Shown here in pieces: positions 1 through 12,720 of a stretch of DNA of 64,000 bases. Position 1 is the first letter of the stretch. Each line of letters starts with the position of its first letter. Under the pieces are notes generated by a model. It worked only from the letters and a program-made list of their open reading frames with translations. It was not told where the DNA came from and did no database searches. The position numbers and the translations under genes were made by a program. The stretch comes from Podarcis tiliguerta (Eukaryota): the NCBI GenBank assembly GCA_965153285.1, contig OZ229114.1; one strand, 5' to 3'.

Positions 1-1099
1 TAAGCTAATGTTAAACACAGGAGACACTTATAAATGGCAATAAAGCATGCAAGAGACACTTAAAAGTTCAAGAATATGATGGATTGGATTGAGAATGTCA
101 TCCAAAGAGAGCAGTATATGGTTTCAGTGGCCTTTGCAGAAGAGGCAGTAGGGTTCAGTAAAAAGAGAATGGTGATGTTTTCTGGTTTATTAGAATAGTA
201 AATTATTTTGAAATGTCTTAGAAATTTAAGGAGTAAAGCTAGAGTGACACATTCAAATGATTACTGGGTCACATGACATTACTTCAATGATTAAAACTAG
301 AAGAAAAAGTGGTGACCTATTTAACCATCTTTTTGTTTGCATACTTGCACACGCACAAAACCCATGCACAGTTAACTGACAGCTTTGAATTACTTCTGTC
401 TATCCTTCAAAAACTGAAGAACTATATTGACTGTTCAGGCATGTATTTTAAAGAGAATTGACCTTATGCATAAGAGTTAAGTACTGCAAAAGCTTTGAGG
501 TATTCTGTTAATTACCAAGGCAGCTGCCGAAAGCTTTGCAGTTCCAGAGCATGCTAGCTATTGAATGGGAATAGAGTTTCCTTGGGGACTAAATGGAGAT
601 GATTGCCGATTAACTTGAACATGCCAGATGGAGTGAAATGCAGAGTTTGATCCCAGTGATACTGCAAGCTGACAGAGCTTCAGCAATAGCTGATGCTTTG
701 ACTTGTTCGTCTTCTACTCTTATTAAGGCAATATGTTTCATGTAGACTTAGCTTCCTTTTGCTTGGGAGACTAATAGTTCAAATCAGAGAACTGGCTGGA
801 CAGGGGACAAGGGAGAATAGTAAAGTACCGCTGTACAATTCTTAAAATCCGTGTAACTGTGATCACTCTGTAGATAATAAACTATGATCCCAAAATGCCG
901 GATTCCATGGCATCTTCTATCTTCTATCTACTACCTTTTTTTTGGTTTTTAGTACAAATGAAGAAGTTTCTAGCCCTTGTGATTAGTGTTTATATGATTG
1001 TAGAAAAGAGAAACCACAGTGATCAGGGGGCCGTTGAAGCTCTCCTATGAGTAGAAGTTAGTGTTTGGGGCTTTTTAATTCAGAAAAAAGTGAGTAAGT

Positions 1100-1515
1100 G
1101 GGGGACATATTAGAGGTGTATACAATTATGTGGGGAAAGTGGTTTAGGAGAAGTTCTTTCCCTCTTCAAATATTAGAATATTATGAAGCTGAGTGGTAGA
1201 AGATTCAGGAAAGGAAGAGAAACCACTTTGCACAGAGGTTAGTTAAATTGTGAATTTGCTACCACAAGAGATGGTGATGCCCACCAACTTCGATGGCCTT
1301 AGAAGAAAATTATACAAATTAATGGAAGGTAAGGATATTGATGGCTCCTAGTCTCATGGTTTGTTACGTGCTGTTTCTGATCCTGGAAGTATCTAAATTA
1401 TCAGTTGCTGGAGAAGATGAAAGGAAGAGGACCAGTGTGCTTTGGTCCTGCTTGTGGCCACTGTTGGAAATAGGGTGCTGGACTAGATAAATGTTGGATC
1501 TAATCCATCAGGACA
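1100..1515 (+). mobile_element. CR1 LINE 3' fragment (degenerate)
   Basis: Typical squamate CR1 3' sequence (atgaagctgagtggtagaagattcagg ... gtgatgcccaccaactt ... gctggactagat). Confidence 0.7.
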
Positions 1516-3972
1516 TTAGGGTGGCAGAATCTCTGTATGTGTGTACACGCACACAATTAAAGTGTCCACAATTTATTAGGTAATCAGACTATGAAGGGCT
1601 AGAGGGGGGTTGGGTATTTTTTTGGTGGGGGGTTAGCCCCTAAACAAGGAAAGTATATATGAAGGCACAGATGCTCTTATGTAGTAGGAGGTATCTTCTG
1701 GCCATGCCCAGGAGGTCTTTGTATGAGTAGTAGGGGTGGAATGGAATTTTGTCTATGTTGCAGTTGAGGCCCGTTGGATTGTTTGAGCCTGTTTAGTAAA
1801 GGAATAGTAAGTGGACTATGGAGGTGCCTATGATAAGAAACGGGAGTCTGAAGTGAAGAGTAAAGAACTGAGTTAGAGTTGTGTTGTCTACTACAAATCC
1901 ACCTCAGACGCATTCAACTAAGGTACTTCCTGTGTACAGTACTGCAGAAAGGAGGTTGGTGATGGCAGTGGCTCCTCAAAATGATATTTGTCCTCAGGGT
2001 AGTACGTATACCTAAATTAGAATGTTGAGTGATAAAGTGATACTAAATCCAAATATGTACTTCTGCATGAGGAAACAAGAGAACTGCTGTGGAACTTACT
2101 AATAGCATTGTGCAAACCTTTCCACTAGCATTTGAGCAAGATATTTTGTAGCTATGTACTAGCAGCTATTTTCTTTCAGTAGAGTTCTCTAAAGATGAGA
2201 ATATAATCTATTTTAGTAAAAATGACATCTTATCAATCAATCAATCTAATCTGCTAATGTTGGTTTTCCTTTTACCTGCTGCTGGAAGTAATGAGCTGTA
2301 TTTTATGGCTCACTTGTGTCACGTTCCACTAAATTAAATCTCAAACATTTACTCCGATAATTTATATTCCTAATGTATCAGTTCACTTAATTTGGCAGTT
2401 TCTCCTCCCAAAGGAATTGTAATAGATTTCCAATAAGTTACAGAATAAAGATCATCCGTACTAATGAATGCTTTTAGAAGCCTGTATCTTTAATCAAAGA
2501 TTTATTTTTCATTCTTCTCTGATGTTTAGCAGTTATATAAATGAAAGGTAAATTAATGAAATAGTGCAATTTTTTTGCTATTCACAAGGAGCAGCATTAA
2601 GTGAATAGTGCCTGGTTGGGGTTTTTTTAAGGGTGTATCTTATTTTATAGTAGTATTGCTTTTCAAAAGTAATGATCATTGTTGGCCTATGTTGCCCGTT
2701 AATTCTTTCTGACGAATGTACACAGTCCAGCCTTGATTATTCCCTAGTCATAAATAAGAGATGGAAGAACCTTTGGCCTCCATGCTATTAGGATCCCTTT
2801 CCATTTTAATTTAGCTCCCAGAGCTGGTCCTATTAATGAGACACATAAGGATTTATTGTTGACTTGAAATAAGTCAACAATGATAAGGAGCCAACAGTAG
2901 CCTTACACAAGCACTGGGTGAGCTTAAAGTTCCTTGGGAGTCACTAAGAGAAGATTAAGGTCATATACAATTCAAGTTTGTGACATGCCCCCTTAACCAA
3001 ATGCCAAGTTTATAATTCTGCAGTTTGCTTTGCAAATGAATGTTTGCTAGGAGCATCAATGGGTGAGACATTCAAGATCCTTGATTATTTTTAAAAAAAA
3101 TTCTACCCCTTTCTTGTTTTTCTCAGAAAGCAAAGCAATGGGAATGGGCCATTGATGTCATGAGATTGATCTTGTGCAGCAGCTGTTCTGATAAGAACAT
3201 ATGGGCTTGAAGTTGAGAGAGGTTAAATCTCTCTATATGTTCTCCACTATTTAATTGACTTTTGGATGGAAAAGAGAGAATATGGCACTTTTCCTACTTC
3301 CTATTTCTGTTTCCTATTCTCCACGTGAGTTGCTTTTGTGTCCATGTGGAATGGTTGACTTCATTTAACCATGATAATATTAGATGAGGAAGGCTTTTAG
3401 AAAAGCACAGTACCAAATGACTGATCTTACATGACAACACGGGACAAAATTAACCTATTTCTCAGACTTGCGCATCTTGTAAGAAACTTAAAAAGGATCT
3501 CAGCTGAATGTACTTATACACCTAAAATTGTAAGCTATTCAGACTAATATCTTTAATTAGAACTGAAACGTAAAACATCTGGCATGCTACAGCTGGGATA
3601 ATATGACCATCTGGAAAAAAAACCCTGTAGATAGGGATTTTTCCAATATGTCAATAATTTATATCTCAAGAAGAGAGACCAGGATGTTAAATGCTTGTCT
3701 TGAGCTCAGCCTTTTCTATGATATTGCTGTTGATATTCATTCTGTTATAATTTGTATATATATCCAAAGTGAGAAGCTCTATTTTCAGAGCAGAAATGCA
3801 TAAGGTTTGCCTATACGGTTGTCTGTATCTCCTAACTAAAGAGGACTGTACCCTGTTCGTTTTGCTGATGCACACTTGAAAGGGATAATATGAACAATCC
3901 CTCTTGCATGTCACTGTGGGAGCCAGCCTTTATATTCCTACAAGCTCACATCAGTGCATCTGTTTCCCCTTA

Positions 3973-3974
<2 letters not shown>

Positions 3975-4005
<31 letters not shown>
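3975..4005. repeat. (GT)n microsatellite
   Basis: About 15 GT units seen directly. Confidence 0.95.
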
Positions 4006-4009
<4 letters not shown>

Positions 4010-5994
4010 GTAGATATTTAGATCAGACAAATGACTCTGTTGATTTAACAGTTGCTTGGATACTCAGAAAGCACTTACTTAGTATTTTTGTGGGTTTTTT
4101 AAAACACAACCGGTTCTACTAAGATACTGCATTTGAGTGTGATAATCTAATGAAGACTTGCTAGCTTTGAGTTTTAGTTGAGGTAAGCAAGCACGATGCG
4201 CACAAAATCATTAAAAAAAGTTGTAGTTTAATAAAACCTCAAACAAATCCGCACACCAATTCTGGAGCCCCCTGTCCTTCTTCCAGTATGTATGAAATAT
4301 TATATTTCTTACAAGCAATATCTTGCCCTAAATAAGCATTGTTAATGTACCTCTGTGCACTTATGAGCACAAATTACTGCTTTTGTCACTGAAGTGATAA
4401 GCAGTTTATCTTGCCCCCACTTCATGATTATAATTCAGATATTTTTGTAAATGTCTATAGAGAGCTTAAGATGCCATGATTCAAGCTGGCTTGTTCCTGT
4501 CGGTTAAGTTGGCTGAGAGCAATAAGAATTCTCATCTGGAGACCCCAGATGGAAGAACTTGGGCTTACTGTGATGTCCAGACATGGATATCTTGTTTTAT
4601 AATATGCAGAAATAGCCTTGTGTCTGACATGTAGGCCACTCTTTTACTCCTCTTGATTCCACAGAGTGTTGAGATCTGCTTGATCTAACATTGAAGTAAA
4701 GCTTAGGGTTAATTTCTACTACTGGTTACAAGGTCAAGTGCCTGCTATGGACTGCTCAATATGAGATTTGGTTGGAGTGAGAATGACAAGAGTATATTAC
4801 ATGGCGCAACATTGCGTTGGTTAAATGCTATATCTGCTCCAGCCTACTCTCTCCCCACACATAGTGAAATCAGATGCAGGTTTTCAACTTGCAAGCTACT
4901 TCACTACTTGTAGATTATGATAACCACACTGTTCCCAAATTTATTCGAATATAAAGTCTCCCAACCTTGTGGCATAGAACTGGGAAGGGAGCATCCAACT
5001 CCCCCAGCTACATCTCACATAAACGATTAAGTTTCAAGGTGTATTTAAACAAGTCACTATTTCTCGGTCCTTGTCTGCATTACTGGGGTTATAAGAATGG
5101 TTTCTAGTCAATATAACACAATGTTGGTATCTCTTGTGGAATCAACATAACATTCAGGAGGTGTTTTAGGGTTGTGGTTTGAGTTCTGAGCTCTTGGCCT
5201 ATACCTATGTAACTTAATTTGCCTTGAAACAAGTTGATTATATTTTGAGGCAAATGTGTTGAAACACATGTGTTATTAGCTTGGGTTAGCTAACTTGCAC
5301 TCCAGATGCATAGTTCTGTGCAATATGCTTGCATGTATTAACTATGTTTTTAAAATACCAACAGAAGAGGGAGCCCTTCCACTACAGAAAAAAAATAATA
5401 TTCCTCTAGACCTGAATAGTGCTAATCTTCTTTAATTTCAGATGCATGTTTAAATGAGGAAAAGTCAAAGCATTGCTTTCACTGTAGATGGACATAGTCC
5501 AAAATGTGCATAAGTCATGTTTATTTTAAGATTTCTTACCTTCTCTTCACCACAAGCTTCCAAAGGGGACTACAGCAGGATAGTACACAATTCTAAAAAC
5601 AAAACAATTATAATTACAAAAGGAAGTGAAAGCATTCCATCCAGAGCAGGTATGCTATGTATTTTATTTATTTACTTGCTTCTCTCTTTCCCTTCCTCCC
5701 AAAGGAGCCTAGGGTGGCAAACAACAAATGATAAAACAATAAATGCAGATTGGAATTCAGTTACAGGCCTATGCAAGTAGTTCATATAATAACGACTGGT
5801 CTTGGCCTTTGTTTTTAAAGTTAAGGGGAAACTGAAAGGTTTATGAAAACTGTCTGGGTGGAGTTAGTCTCCTGAAGCAAACCAGATGGAGAATTTGTAT
5901 TGTTTCATAACATCTACTTGTTAAGTTTGGCAGATTTTCAAAAACTTCTAAATGTTTAGCTTTTAGCTGATTAATAAAAATGTTAATCTAGATA

Positions 5995-6220
5995 CAGTGG
6001 TACCTCGGGTTAAGTACTTAATTCGTTCCGGAGGTCCATTCTTAACCTGAAACTGTTCTTAACCTGAAGCACCACTTTAGCTAATGAGGCCTCCCGCTGC
6101 TGCTGCGCCGCCGGAGCACGATTTCTGTTCTTAACCTGAAGCAAAGTTCTTAACCCGAGGTAATATTTCTGGGTTAGCAGAGACTGTAACCTGAAGCGTA
6201 TGTAACCCGAGGTACCACTG
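5995..6220. mobile_element. Non-autonomous Tc1/mariner-superfamily (Tigger/pogo-like) MITE, 226 bp
   Basis: TIRs CAGTGGTACCTCGGGTTA / TAACCCGAGGTACCACTG with TA on both sides; internal repeated TAACCTGAA motif. Confidence 0.9.
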
Positions 6221-6267
6221 TATTCCAAAGATCCTGAAGGAAAGAGGCTGTAATTATATGGTCAGCA

Positions 6268-6525
6268 GACGATTAAAAGAGGAGTGACAAATTCATGGAG
6301 GTCAAGGCTTTCAATGGCTGCTGGCCATGTTGGCTATGTTCTGTCTCTATAGCTGCTATCAGTAATACTTCTGAATACCAGCTATGGAAGACCACAGAAG
6401 GGGAGAGTGCTCTTGTGCTTGAATCCTGCATGAGGGTTTCCCACGGGCATCTGGTTGGCCGCTGTGAGAACAGGATGCTGGACTAGATGGGCCCTTAGCA
6501 TGATCCAGAAGGCTCTTCTTATGTT
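6268..6525 (+). mobile_element. CR1 LINE 3' end
   Basis: Contains gggcatctggttggccgctgtgagaacaggatgctggactagatgggccc and ends in ctcttcttatgtt. Confidence 0.75.
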
Positions 6526-6700
6526 AAGGCGCGTCTGGTTTTTAAAAAGATACTCATAATACAAAGTGCTGTGGGGACTTTTCATTGGGACTGTAGTGCA
6601 CAGGGAAGGGAGGTTGAGGTCTTCCCTTTCTGCGTTCCTGGTTAAAATCCTGCCCCTGCCCCCAGGCGTTGTGCCCCAGTGACAGCTTTTCTCCCTAAGG

Positions 6701-6836
6701 CAGCCTTCCTCAAACTCGGCCCTCCAGATGTTTTTGGCCTACAACTCCCATGATCCCTAGCTAGCAGGACCAGTGGTCAGGGATGATGGGAATTGTAGTC
6801 ACAAAACATCTGGAGGGCCGAGTTTGAGGAAGCCTG
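6701..6836. mobile_element. Palindromic hAT-type (URR1-like) MITE, 136 bp
   Basis: Long inverted arms (CAGCCTTCCTCAAACTCGGCCCTCCAGATGTTTT and its complement) with a perfect 8-bp TSD CCCTAAGG at 6693-6700 and 6837-6844. Confidence 0.88.
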
Positions 6837-7023
6837 CCCTAAGGCTTACTGCAACTCAAAGGAGGTGCAAATTCATTGGGATAGAGACTGTACAGGAAAG
6901 GGTTAAATCTCACCTCCAACCACATGGGGGTCTTATAAACCTCCCATTTTTATTTCAGCAACCATGCAATTATAGTAATTCAGAGTTTGGTCCTAAGAGA
7001 ATTTATAATACTTTTGTTTTCAT

Positions 7024-7262
7024 GGACCAGGCAGAGGGCCTTCTCGGTAGTGACGCCCGCCCTGTGGAACGCCCTCCCATCAGGTGTCAAAGAAATAAAC
7101 AGCTATATGATGTTTAGAAGACATCTGAAGGCAGAAGGGAAGATTTGAATGATTGATGTTTTAATGTATTTTTAATATTTTGTTGGAAGCTGCCTAGTGT
7201 GGCTGGGGAAACCCAACCAGATGGGCGGGGTAGAAATAATAAATTAATAATTAATAATAACA
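7024..7262 (+). mobile_element. L2-type LINE 3' end
   Basis: Contains agggccttctcggt...ctgtggaacgccctccc and ccagatgggcgggg, followed by an (AAT)n tail. Confidence 0.7.
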
Positions 7263-8146
7263 ACAACTGTATTTATGAACACATACAGATGATGAGCCAT
7301 AGCCTTTTTGCAGAAAACTCTATATAGGTAAAATACATATTTGGATGCCTGCCTCATGTCTGTTCACTCGTTTGGTGTAGGAGTGTTGTTAGCTAAAATC
7401 CAGATATTTATTGCAGTGTTTTTGCTTTCTTTGCAATTATTTCTAGAGTGCCTTCAAAGACTATGGGTTGTACATAAAATAAGGCAGATCCTGTTCTCTG
7501 ACTTACAAACTCTGTATAGATGGCGTGTCAGGTAGAATGTAAAACCCATATATAATTTTAATCAAATGGTTGCTTCAATTAATAAAACCAGAATAAATGG
7601 CAAAGCTAGTATATATAAGCACTTTGTACCGATGACTGGTTTTTTGATAAATCATTTTTATAATTGTCTGGACAGTACTAAAAGAAACAAGCTGTACTGA
7701 GAGAGGTCAGTGCTATAAACATAGGCTTTTAAGCTTGGAATGAATGACCTAAGGCACAAGAATATATTATCCTGTTACTCCATGCTCCGTTTCATTTTAG
7801 TTTGTACGCTTTAAAAATACTAGGTCATATTATAGTTGCAGAATCCAGTATTAATAAAACTGAACTTTCAGATGGAGAGTGGAGGTTTTTTCCCCCCTGT
7901 GCAGAAGGGCAGAAACACTCCTTTTTTATTGAACAAATTGCAAACTTCTTTAAACTCTAGAATTGAAAGATGGTTGCTTTGTGGACTATATGCATTTTGA
8001 ATATATGAGTTAAGCATTTTAAAGATGAAGCAACAATAAGATTTAAGTATTTGTTCAAAGTCGAGATTTCAAGTGTCTCAGGATGGACTTTATTTTAAAC
8101 TGATATCAAAGGGCTCAGATTAACATTTATATGCAGCAGTTGTTGA

Positions 8147-9170
8147 ATTATCTGTTCTAAGACCTTTCCTCGTACTGATGTCAAGCTCACCGGTCCATAG
8201 TTACCTCGGTTTCCCCCCGCCTTTTGAAGATGGGGTCAACATTTATCCAGTGTGCAGGGACCTCAACTGTTCTCTAAGAATCCTCAAAGATTATAGATAG
8301 AGGATCTGATATTACACCTGCAAGCTCCTATAGTACCCTTAGGTGCAGCTCATCAGGCCCTAGAGATTTTAATTCATTTAAAGCAGCTATGTGTTCCCTT
8401 ACCACCTCTTTCCCTATCTTGGGCTGCATCTCCCTCCTTGCACCCTTTATTCTCGTATCACCAGGTTGGGCACTACCGTATTTTTCGCCCTATAGGACGC
8501 ACCATCCCATAAGGCGCACCTAGTTTTTTTTGGGGGGGGGGAATAAAGGGGGGGGAATTTATTTCCCCCCCAGGCGCGGGGCTGGGGCGGAGGAAGCCTG
8601 AGCTTCCCCCGACCCCAGCCCCCAGAACAGGCAACTCTCAGCGCGCCCAGCCTTCGGCATACAGGCAACTCTCCGCAAGCTGCGGGAGCCCGCCTTGCAG
8701 AGAGCTGCGCGAAGTCTGGGCGCACTCAGCTCAGCGCGCCCAGCCTTCAGTATGCAGGCAACTCTCCGCAAGCCGCAGGAGCCCAGCGCCAGGCTCCCAC
8801 GCCTTGCCGAGAGCTGTGCAAAGCATGGAGAGCGAGAGGGGTCGGTGCGCACTGACCCCTCTCGCTCTCCAGGCTTCAGGGAAAGCCTGCATTCACCCCA
8901 TAGGACGCACACACATTTCCCCTTCATTTTTGGAGGGGAAAAAGTGCGTCCTATGGGGCAAAAAATACGGTACTTTCCTTTTGGGTGAAGATAGAGGCAG
9001 AGTAGGTGTTGAGCAATTCTGCTTTTTCTCTGTCACCCAATAGCATTTCTCTGCCTTCTGTATACAAGCCTACTTACTTGATCTTTCTCTTTCTCCAAAC
9101 ATAGCTGAAGAGGCCTTTTTAAATTATTATTTTTCACCTCTCTTGCAAGCCTGAGTTCATTATGAGCCTT
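8147..9170 (-). mobile_element. CR1 ORF2 fragment, interrupted by a MITE
   Basis: The minus strand encodes GNYGPVSLTSVRGKVLEQII and GPDELHLRVL, which are CR1 RT-proximal motifs. Confidence 0.8.
8476..8970. mobile_element. Tc2/pogo-type MITE (CCGTA termini), 495 bp
   Basis: TA|CCGTATTTTTCGCCCTATAGGACGCAC ... GTGCGTCCTATGGGGCAAAAAATACGG|TA; GC-rich interior. Confidence 0.88.
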
Positions 9171-11509
9171 GGAGAAATATATAAACTGTGAAAGGAGCTG
9201 GTGGGAGCACTATCTCATGCTTTATTTAAAAATTAGAAGTTTACACTTTAAAATGAAGAAAATACATTCTTATTATACACTCATAAAACATTTGAACTTT
9301 ATTTAAAATTATGGAAATCATTTAAATGAAGCATTGCTTGTCAAGTAAGATACACCTGAGAGATCATTGCAGTCTGGGATTGGCAGGAGACATATTTTAG
9401 CTTTCAGAAACAATTAAAGAGAGTCAAATTAACCTCTGTCGGTGTAAGCTGTCTCCTCCTTTCTTTTCCAAGTGTCAGTCTGTGGTTTTGATAAATGTCA
9501 AATGTTCCTCCCCTCCCCTCAAATAAGGCTCTTTCCTGCATAATCCAATGAGATTTCCTCCCCCTACTTCCTCTGAAGATTACCTTGTCTTATTCTTTGC
9601 TTTTTCTAATCAGAAAACCATTCTAAGGTAGTGGCTGCATTTTGACAGCTGTACATGTTTTCCTAGTGGATTCATTTCATACAATAACTGAAGTAGAGAA
9701 TGGGTACAGCTTGCCATTCTCCTCTTGTGGTGCTGGTAATTCATTTTAACAACTTGTAAGAATAGAAAATTTATGTGTAAAAAAACAACAACACTAAATA
9801 ACTTGAGCTTACTGACACACTTTCAGTGTTTAAAGCAAGGAATTGGTGCCCTTCAGATATTTGTTGGACTATAACTCCCACCAGCCTCAGCAAGTATTGC
9901 CAATGGCAGCGGATTATGGGGGTTGTAGTTCAGCATCATCAGGAGAACATCACACTGGCTGCCCCTGGTTTAGAGGATGCATTTGTATTGTGCTGGTAGT
10001 CTTGAGTATTTCCTTAACCTGAAATGTTAGAAACTGGAATTAACATTATTTGCGGGCCAATGCATCTAATGCACAACAAGCACATATAAGCAATCTCAAC
10101 TGATTTTCTCCATTTACCCTTCCTACTGCAGCCCCATATCCCAAAACTTTCCAGAGAGTTCGCTCAGGAGAAGCTTTTCAGGGGACTCAGGAGAGTGTAG
10201 TCTGGAGAAGGGAGGAGGAAACTCCTCTTGGGCAAGCCATCTCTATGCTCATGCTGTCTTGGATACAACCAAGTGATATTTGATTCAGGTTTCTGGAGTC
10301 ACCTTCATGGTTCTTGGTTTGCTCAGATGGCTCTGCCTCCAATCTCAAGAAATGACCCCAGGCTGAAGCGTTTTTTACTCAGTGGTCTCTGCTAATACAT
10401 GGTCATGTAGACTAGGCTTTGTAAGTGGACACTTCATTGACTGTGGGTAGTAAGAATTTTCTCCGTGAAACCAGGTAGTGAAGTTTCTGTAAAAATATTT
10501 TTAGAATGAGCTGATCCTTTCTTCCTTTTTTGCTGTCCAGTCAAGTGACTGCTTGAAAGCCAGGTTGAGGACTAGCCGGGCATCAAGGGCTGCTGGGGAA
10601 GTTTCCAGACCAGCTGGCTGTTGAACATTCAAATAAAACTTGCACGGAGGTTATACAACGTCATCTGCTTATTGAGTAGTCTTCCTGACACATTTGTGTT
10701 GTGGTTATGAGGCGTTGCCAGCTGGTGACGGTTGCCCCATACTTTCCAGTGCAATTTCCCATCACATTTCTTATTGGACTTCCTGCAGTTAGAAAATTGA
10801 TGGGATAATTGCGCTAGAAGATGCAGGATAATAACCAGATTTTGTGTGAATAGATAATCCGTCTTAATAAAGACAGTCTGGGGCTATCTGTTGAGATAGG
10901 AGAGACAGTGCTAGCTGAGAACACACTTTTACGTCACATTCTTTTCTAGAATCACATTTATGATGCCTATTAATTTTGTTTGATTCTGTTCTGAAATGTG
11001 TTAAAAATAAGGAATGTCTTTCTGATGCAGAAATAATCATATGGCTTAAAATAATTTGAAAGCTATGCTATACTGAGAAGCAGGTGACTGTCGTTTTGGG
11101 GAAAACTGTAGTCAGTTTTCAAACAGAAAACAGCAGCTCATTTTGAATGCAGCAGACAGCCTTTTTCCTAGAATTGTGTTTTGTATTCATTTAACATAGC
11201 AGGAGAAACTTCCTTTTGTTAAAGAATGCTGTGGCAGTAAATGGCCACATGTAAAGACAATTCCTAATCAGTCATGACACTTAGTTTATAAAAAGTCCAG
11301 CAAGCAAAGCCCCTTTTATTTTTAAAAGTAGTGAATGTGTGTGTTTGAGCTTGCGCAATTGCAACTGGTCTGAGGGAGACATTCATCTTCTTAAGGGGAA
11401 TATCAATCAGTTAGCAAGCATCCTTTGATTTAAAATGGGGCAGACAGAAGAGAAAGTGAAGCCATTTTTGTGTGGCGCATCACGTGCTTAGTTTCGTCTG
11501 TCAAGATTA

Positions 11510-11727
11510 CGGTGGTACCTCGGGTTAAGTACTTAATTCGTTCCGTACTTAACCTGAAACTGTTCTTAACCTGAAGCACCACTTTAGCTAATGGGGCCTC
11601 CTGCTGCTGCTGTGCCGCCAGAACACAATTTCTGTTCTCATCCTGAAGCAAAGTTCTTAACCTGAAGCACTATTTCTGGGTTAGCGGAGTCTGTAACCTG
11701 AAGCGTATGTAACCCGAGGTACCACTG
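11510..11727. mobile_element. Tigger/pogo-like MITE, same family as 5995
   Basis: Same TIRs and interior; TA TSD. Confidence 0.9.
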
Positions 11728-12508
11728 TACAGTTTAAAAACTCACACCAGCATTTCTGTCCCATGCTATCTTTCCTTGCTTCTCCTTTGTGATGTCAAGT
11801 GTGCTCAGGGTTTGCATTTTGGAGGATCAGTTTATAAAATTATGAGATCATTACTTACGGTGCTGCTTAGCAAGCCTACTTTTACTGCACAATGAACATT
11901 TGTTTTGTGAAGCTGCAAGTCACAGTTGTTCGGCCTAGAGCTGTTAACCTCTTGTTTATAATATGCTGAGCTCCTTGAATCCTCAGCACAGTCCTCAAGT
12001 GTAATCTGCCTGAGCAAATTCCCATTAAAATGAGCAGGACTCTTGCTGGTACAGGTCTTTGGTGATCAGAGCTAAAACTAGGTTTTCATGTAAGCAATCA
12101 CTCATGTACTAACCTTGATAAGACTCACCCAAGTAATTTCTCTGGTGAGTGGCACGCGGTATTGTGTAAACAAGGCACCTTTCCTGAGAAATAAAATTTG
12201 CTTTAAAATGAGAGTTTTAAAAAATGGTATCTGTCAGTTTTCTGACATCTCTTAGGTGGTAAGATAGATATAGTCTAGGTTTTATACCATCATACAACTT
12301 TGTTTCAAAGTGTAGGTTGCTCAGAAGATGAGACAACCAACACAGTGTTATAATAGGATATGGATAAAAAGTGGTTGGAAGTGTGTGTGTTGGGGGGTGG
12401 GTGATGAACAGTACTGTAGTGTTATTATATGTGAGGAAAAAGTAACAAACAGCCCCTTTTCCAGTTTCATTAAAGAAAAATGCATCTTCTTGTTTTCAGT
12501 ATTCAATA

Positions 12509-12720
12509 CAGTGGTACCTCGGGTTAAAAACTTAATTCGTTCTGGAGGTCCGTTCTTAACCTGAAGCACCACTTTAGCTAATGGGGCCTCCTGCTGCTGC
12601 CGCTGTGCCACCGCTGCACAATTTCTGTTCTCATCCTGAAGCAAAGTTCTTAACCCAAGGTAATATTTCTGGGTTAGCGGAGTCTGTAACCTGAAGCGTA
12701 TGTAACCTGAGGTACCACTG
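12509..12720. mobile_element. Tigger/pogo-like MITE, same family as 5995; an inverted end fragment follows at about 12788-12822
   Basis: Same TIRs; TA TSD. Confidence 0.9.

Noticed and set aside
2856-2881. Short hairpin TTGTTGACTT-gaaat-AAGTCAACAA, and the palindrome CATGTGATATATATCACATG near 21822
   Set aside because: Short AT-rich inverted repeats are expected by chance or slippage, and there are no ncRNA motifs.
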